A stretch of 64,000 nt of DNA, taken from positions 16,802,001 to 16,866,000 of the forward strand of contig NC_091999.1 in assembly GCF_044704955.1 (NCBI RefSeq), written 5' to 3'. Within the stretch, counting starts at the first letter, position 1; every line of letters begins with the position of its first letter. Origin of the DNA: Pristiophorus japonicus (taxonomy: Eukaryota). The position numbers and the translations under genes were made by a program. Below the pieces are notes generated by a model. The model was not told the DNA's origin. It did not search any database and was given only the letters and a program-made list of their open reading frames with translations. Of this stretch, positions 12,601-24,645 are shown one piece after another.

Positions 12601-13045
12601 ATAAGGGAAGGGAAGGACGCTGAGACGAAACTGGGATTAGTAAAGACAAAGAAGGATATAAAACACTTTGTCAACAGGTAATGTAACCCATAAAAAAACC
12701 TGTGGGACAGGTTGACATGTGGACCCTGGTTAATTCAGCTTCTGAAAGGGGTTTATGTTTCATTCATTCAATAGAGGGAAAATGTGGTTCGTATTATTAG
12801 GGAGAGAGTGACAGATTTCACTTAGCAACAGCTGGTGTTTTGCGATCAACCAGGCTTCGATATTCATAATAGAATGGATTAGAAATATTGTTTGGATAAG
12901 AAAAGTCCAGAACTAGTGGTTTATGATCACCATAGCAGGCCACAATGCTTCTAAATGTGTTGCTGATGTAAACTTGTGTCTCTGTAAGATGCAGTAGCCA
13001 GAGACTACCATATTTGGCAAAGCCGGCTCCAGTTTGATAAGAAAA
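8395..13045 (+). mobile_element. Highly degenerate endogenous retrovirus relic with env remnant (~11500-12600) between diverged direct repeats (~8397-8725 and ~12728-13042)
   Basis: The two repeats align by eye. Env-like peptides YPRYLIKKGVTWIAPDMQCC..WVC.C, YKGKGQYCVTT, EWWKV and hydrophobic LGLVIARIIASGIMVIALCC. Purine run followed by TGTGG at ~12783. Confidence 0.6.
8885..9460 (+). mobile_element. CR1 LINE 3' fragment
   Basis: VQFWSP, LERVQRRFTRMIP and RVVRMWNSLP motifs followed by a CR1-type 3' UTR. Confidence 0.9.
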
Positions 13046-13678
13046 TAGTCTATAAATGTAAGCTTTTTCCTTTGTTCGTTAGCGTGGAGATACCCATGCC
13101 TGGTTACACGTGCTCCATCTGTGACTATACTCCACTTGTAAATTGATTAGAAACAGAAGATTTAATTCGTTACGACTCAAGTGAACAAACAGAAGTTTGT
13201 TTTAAATCAACACTTGGTTCTTTTTTTGAAGTTTGGAAATTCAAAACTTCCTTAGGAATTAAAAATCCGTCAAAACAGCTGAAATCATTCGAAAAGCTAT
13301 CATTATTAACCTTGAATAAAACATAGCTTAGTTCATTTCAATAGCTCCTATTTAATTCGGAACAATATTTTATTAACTAAACAATACAGAACAGATAAAA
13401 TAAAACAAAGTAGCACATGCTTACAGAACACAGTAAATTACATCATTGTTACCTTCAGGTGTTTTTCCAAATGACTAAAAATACTGAATATGAGTGGAGA
13501 AACATTGATTCAATTTGCTTAAATGTGAAAAAACAAAGTGCTTTGAGAAATTTCAAACCAAGTATCAGGCACATGGCAACCGTAACTTCAAGGCTGAAGT
13601 TTATCTTTACCGCAGGGAAAGGGTTCACAGCCAGATAGGGAATGGAAGACCAGCAGGAAGAGTAGAGCAAGGAAGGTA

Positions 13679-14341
13679 GTGCAGGGGTCCCCTGCGGTCA
13701 TCCCCCTGCAAAACAGATACACCGCTTTGGGTACTGTTGAGGGGAATGACTCATCAGGGGAGGGCAGCAGCAGCCAAGTTCATGGCACCGTGGCTGGCTC
13801 TGCTGCACAGGAGGGCAAGAAAAAGAGTGGGAGAGCGATAGTGATAGGGGATTCAATTGTGAGGGGAATAGATAGGCGTTTCTGCGGCCGCAACCGAGAC
13901 TCCAGGATGGTATGTTGCCTCCCTGGTGCAAGGGTCAAGGATGTCTCGGAGCGGGTGCAGGACATTCTGAAATGGGAGGGAGAACAGCCAGTTGTCGTGG
14001 TGCACATTGGTACCAACGACATAGGCAAAAAAAGGGATGAGGTCCTACGAAACGAATTTAAGGAGCTAGGAGCTAAATTAAAAAGTAGGACCTCAAAAGT
14101 AGTAATCTCGGGATTGCTACCAGTGCCACGTGATAGTCAGAGTAGGAATCGCAGGATAGCGCAGATGAATACGTGGCTTGAGCAGTGGTGCAGCAGGGAG
14201 GGATTCAAATTCCTGGGGCATTGGGACCGGTTCTGGGGGAGGTGGGACCAGTACAAACCGGACGGTCTGCACCTGGGCAGGACTGGAACCAATGTCCTCG
14301 GGGGAGTGTTTGCTAGTGCTGTTGGTGAGGATTTAAACTAA
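13679..14341 (+). CDS. CR1 ORF1 C-terminal SGNH/GDSL esterase domain (N-terminus missing)
   Basis: IVIGDS, HIGTND and DGLHL blocks of the SGNH hydrolase fold, known in CR1-type ORF1p. Confidence 0.93.
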   Translation: MQGSPAVIPLQNRYTALGTVEGNDSSGEGSSSQVHGTVAGSAAQEGKKKSGRAIVIGDSIVRGIDRRFCGRNRDSRMVCCLPGARVKDVSERVQDILKWEGEQPVVVVHIGTNDIGKKRDEVLRNEFKELGAKLKSRTSKVVISGLLPVPRDSQSRNRRIAQMNTWLEQWCSREGFKFLGHWDRFWGRWDQYKPDGLHLGRTGTNVLGGVFASAVGEDLN

Positions 14342-17325
14342 TATGGCAGGGGGATGGGAACCAATGCAGGGAGACAGAGGGAAACAAAAAGGAGCCAAAA
14401 GCAAAAGACAGAAAGGAGAGGAGGAAAAGTGTAGGGCAGAGAAACCCAAGGCAAAGAACAAAAAGGGCCACTGTACAGCAAAATTCTAAAAGGACAAAGG
14501 GTGTTAATAAAACAAGCCTGAAGGCTTTGTGTCTTAATGCAAGGAGTATCCGCAATAAGGTGGATGAATTAATTGTGCAAATAGATGTTAACAAATATGA
14601 TGTGATTGGGATTACGGAGACGTGGCTCCAGGATGATCAGGGCTGGGAACTCAACATTCAGGGGTATTCAACATTCAGGAAGGATAGAATAAAAGGAAAA
14701 GGAGGTGGGGTAGCATTGCTGGTTAAAGAGGAGATTAATGCAATAGTTAGGAAAGACATTAGCTTGGATGATGTGGAATCTATATGGGTAGAGCTGCAGA
14801 ACACCAAAGGGCAAAAAACGTTAGTAGGAGTTGTGTACAGACCTCCAAACAGTAATAGGGATGTTGGGGAGGGCATCAAACTGGAAATTAGGGGTGCATG
14901 CAATAAAGGTGTAGCAGTTATAATGGGTGACTTTAATATGCACATAGATTGGGCTAGCCAAACTGGAAGCAATACGGTGGAGGAGGATTTCCTGGAGTGC
15001 ATAAGGGATGGTTTTCTAGACCAATATGTTGAGGAACCAACTAGGGGGGAGGCCATCTTAGACTGGGTGTTGTGTAATGAGAGAGGATTAATTAGCAATC
15101 TCATTGTGCGAGGCCCCTTGGGGAAGAGTGACCATAATATGGTGGAATTCTGCATTAGGATGGAGAATGAAACAGTAAATTCAGAGACCATGGTCCAGAA
15201 CTTAAAGAAGGGTAACTTTGAAGGTATGAGGCGAGAATTGGCTAGGATAGATTGGCGAATGATACTTAGGGGGTTGACTGTGGATGGGCAATGGCAGACA
15301 TTTAGAGACCGCATGGATGAAGTACAACAATTGTACATTCCTGTCTGGCGTAAAAATAAAAAGGGGAAGGTGGCTCAACCGTGGCTATCTAGGGAAATCA
15401 GGGATAGTATTAAAGGCAAGGAAGTGGCATACAAATTGGCCAGAAATAGCAGCGAACCTGGGGACTGGGAGAAATTTAGAACTCAGCAGAGGAGGACAAA
15501 GGGTTTGATTAGGACAGGGAAAATGGAGTACGAGAAGAAGCTTGCAGGGAACATTAAGGCGGATTGCAAAAGTTTCTATAGGTATGTAAAGAGAAAAAGG
15601 TTGGTGAAGACAAACGTAGGTCCCCTGCAGTCAGAATCAGGGGAAGTCATAACGGGGAACAAAGAAATGGCGGATCAATTGAACAAGTACTTTGGTTCGG
15701 TATTCACTAAGGAGGATACAAACAACCTTCCGGATATAAAAGGGGTCAGAGGGTCTAGTAAGGAAGAGGAACTGAGGGAAATCTTTATTAGTCGGGAAAT
15801 TGTGTTGGGGAAATTGATGGGATTGAAGGCAGATAAATCCCCAGGGCCTGATGGCCTGCATCCTAGAGTACTTAAGGAGGTGGCCTTGGAAATAGCGGAT
15901 GCATTGACAGTCATTTTCCAACATTCCATTGACTCTGGATCAGTTCCTATGGAGTGGAGGGTAGCCAATGTAACCCCACTTTTTAAAAAAGGAGGGAGAG
16001 AGAAAACAGGGAATTATAGACCGGTCAGCCTGACCTCAGTAGTGGGTAAAATGATGGAATCAATTATTAAGGATGTCATAGCAGTGCATCTGGAAAATGG
16101 TGACATGATAGGTCCAAGTCAGCATGGATTTGTGAAAGGGAAATCATGCTTGACAAATCTTCTGGAATTTTTTGAGGATGTTTCCAGTAAAGTGGACAAA
16201 GGAGAACCAGTTGATGTGGTATATTTGGACTTTCAGAAGGCTTTCGACAAGGTCCCACACAAGAGATTAATGTGCAAAGTTAAAGCACATGGGATTGGGG
16301 GTAGTGTGCTGACGTGGATTGAGAACTGGTTGTCAGACAGGAAGCAAAGAGTAGGAGTAAACGGGTACTTTTCAGAATGGCAGGCAGTGACTAGTGGAGT
16401 GCCGCAAGGTTCTGTGCTGGGGCCCCAGCTGTTTACATTGTACATTAATGATTTAGACGAGGGGATTAAATGCAGTATCTCCAAATTTGCGGATGATACT
16501 AAGTTGGGTGGCAGTGTGAGCTGCGAGGAGGATGCTATTAGGCTGCAGAGTGACTTGGATAGGTTAGGTGAGTGGGCAAATGCATGGCAGATGAAGTATA
16601 ATGTGGATAAATGTGAGGTTATCCACTTTGGTGGTAAAAACAGAGAGACAGACTATTATCTGAATGGTGACAGATTAGGAAAAGGGAAGGTGCAACGAGA
16701 CCTGGGTGTCATGGTACATCAGTCATTGAAGGTTGGCATGCAGGTACAGCAGGCGGTTAAGAAAGCAAATGGCATGTTGGCCTTCATAGCGAGGGGATTT
16801 GAATACAGGGGCAGGGAGGTGTTGCTACAGTTGTATAGGGCCTTGGTGAGGCCACACCTGGAGTATTGTGTACAGTTTTGGTCTCCTAACTTGAGGAAGG
16901 ACATTCTTGCTATTGAGGGAGTGCAGCGAAGGTTCACCAGACTGATTCCCGGGATGGCGGGACTGACCTATCAAGAAAGATTGGATCAATTGGGCTTGTA
17001 TTCACTGGAGTTCAGAAGAATGAGAGGGGACCTCATAGAAACGTTTAAAATTCTGACGGGTTTAGACAGGTTAGATGCAGAAAGAATGTTCCCAATGTTG
17101 GGGAAGTCCAGAACCAGGGGTCACAGTCTGAGGATAAGGGGTAAGCCATTTAGGACCGAGATGAGGAGAAACTTCTTCACCCAGAGAGTGGTGAACCTGT
17201 GGAATTCTCTACCACAGAAAGTAGTTGAGGCCAATTCACTAAATATATTCAAAAGGGAGTTAGATGAAGTCCTTACTACTCGGGGGATCAAGGGTTATGG
17301 CGAGAAAGCAGGAAGGGGGTACTGA
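14329..17325 (+). CDS. CR1 ORF2: APE endonuclease plus reverse transcriptase (frame open from 14329; no AUG before the endonuclease core)
   Basis: LNARS, ITETW, YRPP, MGDFN, SDHN (APE); [21 protein letters not shown] (RT). No stops between 14329 and the terminator at 17325. Confidence 0.97.
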   Translation, partial: GFKLIWQGDGNQCRETEGNKKEPKAKDRKERRKSVGQRNPRQRTKRATVQQNSKRTKGVNKTSLKALCLNARSIRNKVDELIVQIDVNKYDVIGITETWLQDDQGWELNIQGYSTFRKDRIKGKGGGVALLVKEEINAIVRKDISLDDVESIWVELQNTKGQKTLVGVVYRPPNSNRDVGEGIKLEIRGACNKGVAVIMGDFNMHIDWASQTGSNTVEEDFLECIRDGFLDQYVEEPTRGEAILDWVLCNERGLISNLIVRGPLGKSDHNMVEFCIRMENETVNSETMVQNLKKGNFEGMRRELARIDWRMILRGLTVDGQWQTFRDRMDEVQQLYIPVWRKNKKGKVAQPWLSREIRDSIKGKEVAYKLARNSSEPGDWEKFRTQQRRTKGLIRTGKMEYEKKLAGNIKADCKSFYRYVKRKRLVKTNVGPLQSESGEVITGNKEMADQLNKYFGSVFTKEDTNNLPDIKGVRGSSKEEELREIFISREIVLGKLMGLKADKSPGPDGLHPRVLKEVALEIADALTVIFQHSIDSGSVPMEWRVANVTPLFKKGGREKTGNYRPVSLTSVVGKMMESIIKDVIAVHLENGDMIGPSQHGFVKGKSCLTNLLEFFEDVSSKVDKGEPVDVVYLDFQKAFDKVPHKRLMCKVKAHGIGGSVLTWIENWLSDRKQRVGVNGYFSEWQAVTSGVPQGSVLGPQLFTLYINDLDEGIKCSISKFADDTKLGGSVSCEEDAIRLQSDLDRLGEWANAWQMKYNVDKCEVIHFGGKNRETDYYLNGDRLGKGKVQRDLGVMVHQSLKVGMQVQQAVKKANGMLAFIARGFEYRGREVLLQLYRALVRPHLEYCVQFWSPNLRKDILAIEGVQRRFTRLIPGMAGLTYQERLDQLGLYSLEFRRMRGDLIETFKILTGLDRLDAERMFPMLGKSRTRGHSLRIRGKPFRTEMRRNFFTQRVVNLWNSLPQKVVEANSLNIFKRELDEVLTTRGIKGYGEKAGRGY

Positions 17326-19033
17326 AGTTTCATGTTCAGCCATGAACTCATTGAATGGCGGTGCAGGCTAGAAGGGCTGAATGGCCTGCTCCTGCACCTA
17401 TTTTCTATGTTTCTATGTTTCTATGTTTCTATGTAAAACAAACTCGCCTGACTTTCAGTGTTGCACAGCTTGCCCCAGTCAAAATATACCAACAGCGTCT
17501 TTAACTTCAAAATGTAAATCATAAAGATCCCCTGCTACTAGTTCCACAATCTGAATTGAAATGAACATACTGAACATATCCACACTTGCTTAAAACTCCC
17601 AACATCCAAGACAACAAAGGGTTAAACGGCTTTTAGCTCCATGCAGAGAAAAGTGGGTGAAGCTAAAACAAACATAACAGACGCTTTTTTCAAAGACAGA
17701 CTTTCAGACAAAAGGAATACTGTAAATTCTTAAACATTCATGGTCAGGAAAACTTCCACTCTAATACAATTCACACAAACTGAAATTCCAGCATCCTTTC
17801 AGGTTCCTTTCACTCAGTAATCTTGTGCTTTATTTTTCTCGGCACAGAAACTGACAGATTCAGTGTTGGTTTCAACTTCAAGTTTCCTTTTTTCGCCTTT
17901 TAAATTGTCATCTGAGCAACTTATTCCCTCATTCTGTTTTTTCCTTCCTTTGCTGAGTTCTCGGCTGGGTTAACTTGCAGCTTAGATCTTTTTCCCTCTC
18001 TGTCTCGCCTGTTCCTTATGCTTCTCCTCTCTCACCTGTTAATTTCTCAAGTCTGTGCGCAGAGGTGGGTTGCATAAGCCAATATAAGCTTCCCTTTGTC
18101 AAATTGGGACTTGCCCTCGTCAATTTGACTCTGGACCCAATCGACCGCTTTCGGTATGAGTCACCTTGTGGACTCGCGAGGAATGATGGCAAGTGAGTGG
18201 TAGGGAGCAGCTTCCCATGTTCATTGTCCCTGGCACGTTCTGTTAGGTTAGCCATGCTTAGCAAACCCATCGCTCAACTACTGGTAGGAGATTAGTCGTC
18301 CATCTCCCAGAGATTCTCCATCCTGGATTGATAGCCTGGCCAAGTAAAACTAATTGGCCACAGATCTCCGGACCCCAGTTCCACTGAACAAAATGTTGAT
18401 TAATTACTATCCGTCAAGTCAATTTGTTGAGTTTTTGGGTCTGTGCCAATTAACCCTTTCACGCCTAAGTTCAGAAAGCTTTGACTTAACTCATATTGGT
18501 GACAATAATTATATTTTATTCAGTGAAATTGAGAGACTACTATTCACCAAAACCCTCATCCCAACTCCTCTTGCTCCTCTGCTCTCCAACCATCTTCATC
18601 CCAACTCGTTTCACCCTTATTCTCCACCCTCACTTACCCCTCCTCTTAAACCCCTCTCATCTTCCATTCATTTCAATTGAAAGGAAACCGAGAGATTGTA
18701 CCAGTCAGGATTTGAAAGATATTTACAACAGATTCTACAGGTTCTTAAACTTATGGTCTTCCTATATTCTGTTCACGTGATCAGTTAGAAAACAGACATT
18801 CTCCTGTGAATACAGAGCTGGACGATTGGGCTGTGATGTGTTTACTTGTTCATCTTGGTGACTCTAAAGCTTTGCCAATTAATTAATTAATTGATGTAAT
18901 CGGTTTACTTGTTCATCTTTTGTTAAATACATTTCCTGAGTGGATTCAAATTAAAATTAAAACCAGTTTTGCAGCCATGATGCTCCATTCACACATCGAA
19001 GGTGAGCGAGATGCTGTGGGGCACACGCTAAGT

Positions 19034-19549
19034 TCAGCAGCAGAAAGCCTCTCCCCAGTGTGAAATCGCTGGTGTGTCAGCAGGTGGGATGACCAAGTGA
19101 ATCCCTTCCCCTGGTGTGACTGCGCTGATGAATATCCAGGTTAGATGGGGAACTAAATCCCCTCCTACAGTCCCCACATTTCCACGGTTTCTCCATGGTG
19201 CAGGTATCCTTGTGTCTCTCCAGGTTGGATGATCAGTTGAAGCCTGGTCCACACACACCACGTGTACGGTTCTCCCCGCTGTGAATGGTAAAATGTTTTT
19301 TCAGGCTGTGTAACTGGTTAAAGCTCTTTCCACAGTCAGTGCACTGGAACACTCACTTGGGTGTGTGTGTCTCAGTGCTTCTCCAGTCACACTGATATTT
19401 GAAATTTTTCCCACAGGCAGAACAGACAAATATTTCTCCTTCTATATTAAAAGGCCGATGATATTCAGGTCCTGAGGAATCAAGTGACTCCGTCAGATCT
19501 TGGTGTGATGTTTGGTTTGAGTTTTCCGTCTCCAAATCCTTTGAATACC
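19034..19549 (-). pseudogene. C2H2 zinc-finger exon, copy 2, internally deleted and frameshifted
   Basis: Acceptor TTTTACAG| at 19550; ATG at 19196 giving [14 protein letters not shown]; one finger, then a deletion junction; homologous to copies 1 and 3. Confidence 0.85.
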
Positions 19550-20044
19550 CTGTAAAAGGAGTTTACAGATCTCATCACCATAAGTACAGGAAAAACATTC
19601 AAAACAGTAAATTCTAGTTTCTATGGAACATTTTTTCTTCTCTTGCTCCTCCAAAGCTGTAAATCGCTGCCTCCTCCCTGTGCTGAAATCCAAACCCATC
19701 GCACGTCTCAAGACATTTTATCCTCCACTCCCAGTTTTCCCCAGCAACTCTGGCTGGGTTCAGTTCTACACTCACTGGTTCACCTTCCTCTCCTCCCCTG
19801 ATGGTGCTGACTCTGGCTGGGTTCACTTCTATACTCACTGGGACCCTGAAGACCCAAGCACTCTGTGTTCATTTACAAAGATGGCCACACATGCGCTCTG
19901 CAGCTCGATGAACAGCGATAGCGATGCACAAACTTGCGGCGTTCCTTTACAAAGGCGGCCAACCTGGGCCTGTTCCTGTGCAATGTCCCGGAGCTGCAAA
20001 CGTGAGAGCTCTAGGTTCTTAGTCAGGGTTTACCACCAACACCA

Positions 20045-20802
20045 GTTACAAATGGGTATGATCTGATAGCCATTACAGAGACGTGGTTGCAAGGTGATCA
20101 AGACTGGGAACTTAACATTTCAGGGTACTTGACAATCCGGAGGGACAGACAGAAAAGAAAAGGAGGTGGGGTAGCTCTGATGATAAAGGATGGAATCACT
20201 GCCACAGTGAGAAACGATATTGGCTCAAATGATCAGGATGTTGAAACAGTTTTAGTTACCAACGGATGGCTATCTTTTCTCTTATGCGCTTTCCTCCTCA
20301 CTGGGATATATTTTTCTTGAGAGTTGTGAAATATCTCCTTAAATGTACACCAACCGTCCTACACTTTAATCTATTTTCACAGTCCACTTTGGCCAACTCA
20401 GCCCTCACCCCTTCATAGTCTCCTTTATTTAAGCCGAGTACGCTGGTTAGAGATCCTCCATCTGAATTTGAAATTGAATCATGCTACTCATTCCAACGGG
20501 ATCCTTTACAAGGAGATTGTTTATTAATCCTGTCTCATTACACAGGACCATATCTAAGATAGCCTGCCTCCTTGTTGGTTCCATTGCATACTGTTCAAGG
20601 AACCCATCCATTATGCACTCTATGAACTCTTCCTCAAGCCTACCTGACCAATTTGATTTGTCCAATCAATATGGAGGTTAAAATCAACTATGATTATTGC
20701 TGTTCCCTTTTTGCAAGCCCCCACTATTTCTTGATTTATACTTCGACCAACAGAGTTGCTACTGTTCGGGAGCTTATAGACTACACCCACCAAGTGACTT
20801 TT
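20045..20802. mobile_element. Two CR1 endonuclease fragments in opposite orientation (+ 20045-20253; - 20254-20802)
   Basis: ITETWLQGDQDWELNI on plus; LEEEFIECIMDGFLEQY on minus. Confidence 0.85.
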
Positions 20803-23800
20803 TAAGAATTAGGAACAGGAGTAGGCCATCTGGCCCCTCGAGCCTGCTCCGCCACTCAACAAGATTATAGCTGATCTGGCAGTGGACTCAGCTCCACTTA
20901 CCCGCCCGCTCTCCATAACCCTTAATTCCCTTATTGATTAAAAATCTATCTGTGACTTGAATAAATTCAATGAGCTAGCCTCAACTGCTTCCTTGGGAAG
21001 AGAATTCCACAGATTCACAACCCTGTCGGAGAAGAAATTCCTTCTCAACTCGGTTTTAAATTGGCTCCCCCGTATTTTGAGGCTGTGCCCCCTAGTTCTA
21101 GTCTCCCTGACCAGTGGAAACAACCTTTCTGCCTCTATCTTGTCTATCCCTTTCATTATTTTAAATGTTTCTATCAGATCACCCCTCATCCTTCTGAACT
21201 CCAACGAGTAAAGACCCAGTCTACTCAATCTATCGTCATAAGGTAACCCCCTCATCTCCAGAATGAGCCTCATGAATCGTCTCTGTACCCGCTCCAAAAC
21301 CAGTACATCCTTCCTTAACTAAGGTGACCAAAACTGCACGCAGTACTCCAGCTGCGGCCTCACCAATACCCTGTACAGTTGCAGCAGCACTTCACTGCTA
21401 TTGTACTCCATCCCTCTCGCAATGAAGGCCAACATTCCATTCGCCTTCCTGATTACCTGCTGCATCTGCAAACTAACTTTTTGAGTTTCATGCACAAGGA
21501 CCCCCAGGTCCCTCTGCACCACAGCATCTTGTAATTTCTGCCCATTCAAATAATATTCCCTTTTACTGTTTTTTTTTCCCCAAGGTGGATGACCTCACAT
21601 TTTCCGACATTGTATTCCATTTGCCAAACCTTAGCCCATTCGCTTAACCTATCTCAATCTCTTTGCAGCCTCTCTGCGTCCGCTACACAACCCGCTTTCC
21701 CACTAATCTTTGTGTCATCTGCAAATTTTTTTACAATACACTCTGTCCCTTCTTCCAGATCATCTATGTATATTGTACACAGTTGTGGTCCCAGCACCGA
21801 TCCCTGTGGCACACCACTAACCACCGATTTCCAACCCGAAAAGGACCCATTTATCCCGACTCTCTGCTTTCTATTAGCCAGCCAATTCTCTATCCATGCT
21901 AATACATTTCCTCTGACTCCGCGTACCTTTATCTTCTGCAGTAACCTTTTGTGTGGCACCTTATCAAATGCCTTTTGGAAATCTAAATACACCACATCCA
22001 TCGGTACACCTCTATCCACCATGCTCGTTATATCCTCAAAGAATTCCAGTAAATTAGTTAAACATGATTTCTCCTTCATGAATCCATGTTGCGTCTGCTT
22101 GATTGCACAATTCCGATCTAAATGTCCCCCTATTTCTTCCTTAATGATAGCTTCAAGAATTTTCCCCACTGCAGATGTTAAACTAACCGGCCTATCGTGA
22201 CCTGCCTTTTGTTTGCCCCCTTTTTTAAACAGAGGCGTTACATTAGCTGCTTTCCAATCCGATGGTACCTCCCCAGAGTCCAGAGAATTTTGGTAGATTA
22301 TAACGAATGCATCTGCTATAACTTCCGCCATCTCTTTTAATACACTGGGATGCATTTCATCAGGAACAGGGGACTTGTCTACCTTGAGATCCATCAGCCT
22401 GTCCAGCACTACCCCCCTAGTGACAGTGATTGTTTCAAGGTCCTCCCTTCCCACATTTCCGTGACCATCAATTTTTGGCATGGTTTTTTTGTCTTCCACT
22501 GTGAAGATCGAAGCAAAATAATTGTTTAAGGTCTCAGCCATTTCCACATTTCCCATTATTAAATCCCCGTTCTCATCTTCTAACGGACCAACATTTACTT
22601 TAGTCACTCTTTTCCGTTTTATATATTGGTAAAAGCTTTTACTATCTGTTTTTATGTTTTGCGCAATTTTACTTTCGTAATCTATGTTTCATTTCTGTAT
22701 TGCTTTCTTAGTCATTCTTTGCTGTCATTTAAAATTTTCCCAATCTTCTAGTTTCCCACTAACCTTGGCCACCTTATACGCATTGGATTTTAATTTGATA
22801 CTCTCCTTTATTTCCTTGGTTATCCACGGCTGATTATCCCTACTCTTCACGCCCTTCTTTTTCACTGAAATATATTTTTGTTGAGCACTATGAAAGAGCT
22901 CCTCAAAAGTCCTCCACTGTTCCTCAATTGTGCCACCGTTTAGTCTGTGTTCCCAGTCTATTTTACCCAACTCTGCCCTCATCCCACTATAGTCCCCTTT
23001 GTTTAAGCATAGTATGCTCCTTTGAGTCACTACTTCTTCACCCTCAATCTGTATTACAAATTGAACCATACTGTGAACACTCATTCCAAGAGGATCATTT
23101 ACTGGGAGATCATTTATTATTCCTGTCTTATTACACAGGACCAGATATAAGATAGCTTGCTCCCTTGTTGCTTCTCTAACATACTGTTCGAAGTAACAAT
23201 CCCATATGCATTCTATGAATTCCTCCTCAAGGCTACCCCATTTGACCAATCGATATGTGGGTTAATATCCCCCATGATTACTGCCGTTCCTTTTTCACAT
23301 GCCTCCATTATTCCCTTGCTTGTTGTCCGCCCCACCGTGAAGTTATTATTTGGGGACCTATAAATACGCCCACCAGTGACTTTTTTCCCTTACTATCTCT
23401 AATCTCCACCCACAATGATTCAACTTTTTGTTCATTAGAGCCAATATCGTCTCCACAACTGCCCTGATATCATCCTTTATTAACAGAGCTATCCCACCTC
23501 CTTTCTCTTCTTGTCTATCTTTCCGAATTGTCAGATACCCCTGCATGTTTAATTCCCAGTCTTGGCCACCCTGCAACCACGTTTCTATGATGGCCACCAA
23601 ATCATACCCATTTGTAATGATTTGTGCCATCAACTCATTTACTTTGTTTCGAATGCTGCGTGCGTTTAGGTAAAGCGTTTTAATACTCGTTTTAAAACCA
23701 TGATTTTAAGTTTTGACCCCTCCTGCAACCCCTTTATATTCATTCATATTGTCCCTTCCTATCACCTTGTGGTTTACACTTACTCCAGTGCTGCTCTGCT

Positions 23801-24645
23801 CTGTTGCCGCCTGCCTTTTGCATCCTTTCTTGGGGTTCTGTTCATCTGAGCTCTCAACCACTCTAACTAGCTCAGAGCCCTCTCCTGGGTTCCCATCCCC
23901 CTGCCAAGCTAGTTTAAAGCCCTTCCAACCGCACTATCAAAACCACCCGCGAGAACATTGGTCCCGTCTCTCTTGAGGTGTAACCTGTCCGACTTGTACA
24001 GATCACACCTACTCCAGAAGCGGTCCCAATTGTTCAGGAAACTAAAGCCCTCCCTCCTACACCAATGCCCCAGCCACGTATTTATCTGACTAGCCTTCCT
24101 ATTTCTACCCTCACTAGTACGTGGCACTGGTGGTAATCCCGAGATTACCACCTTTGAGGTCCTTGCTTTCAATCTTACCCCTAGCTCCCTAAACTCAGCT
24201 TTCAGGACCTCACCCCTCTTTCTACCTATGTCGTTGGTACCAATGTGGACCACAACCACTGGCTATTCCCCTTCCCTCCCCAGAATGCCCTGCAGTCGCT
24301 CAGTTACATCATTGACCCTTGCACCAGGGAGGCAACACACCATCCTGATGTCACTTTTGCTGCCGCAGAAGCGCCGATCTGCTCCCCTAACTCTTGAATC
24401 TCCTATCACTATAGCCCTTCCCGTTTTCTTCCTCCCCCCCTGTGCAGCTGAGCCACCCACGGTGCTGTGGACTTGGCCCTGGCTGCACTCCCCAGAGTCA
24501 TCACCGCCATCGCCAGTAGTCAGAATAGAGTACTGGTTTGAGAGCGGGATAGTCTCAGGGGACTTCTGCACAACCTGCCTGGCCATACTCTTGTGCGCGA
24601 CGGTCACCAATTCCCTATCCTCCTGTACCCTTTTAATCTGTGGGG
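20803..24645 (-). mobile_element. Near full-length older CR1 LINE (ORF1 esterase plus frameshifted ORF2)
   Basis: ORF1 pieces 24263-24610 (IVIGDS) and 23909-24259 (HIGTND); ORF2 pieces from 23633 to 20938; 3' UTR at 20803-20935. Confidence 0.96.

Larger units (their letters stand above)
13608..17434 (+). mobile_element. Young CR1 LINE, 5'-truncated within ORF1, with uninterrupted ORF2 and (TTCTATGT)n tail
   Basis: ORF1 esterase domain, 932-aa ORF2, 3' UTR and octamer tail at 17403-17434. Confidence 0.98.

Noticed and set aside
14343-14489. ATG immediately after the ORF1 stop as the ORF2 start
   Set aside because: Wrong frame, terminates after about 48 codons, and absent from the CR1 copy at 23.9 kb.
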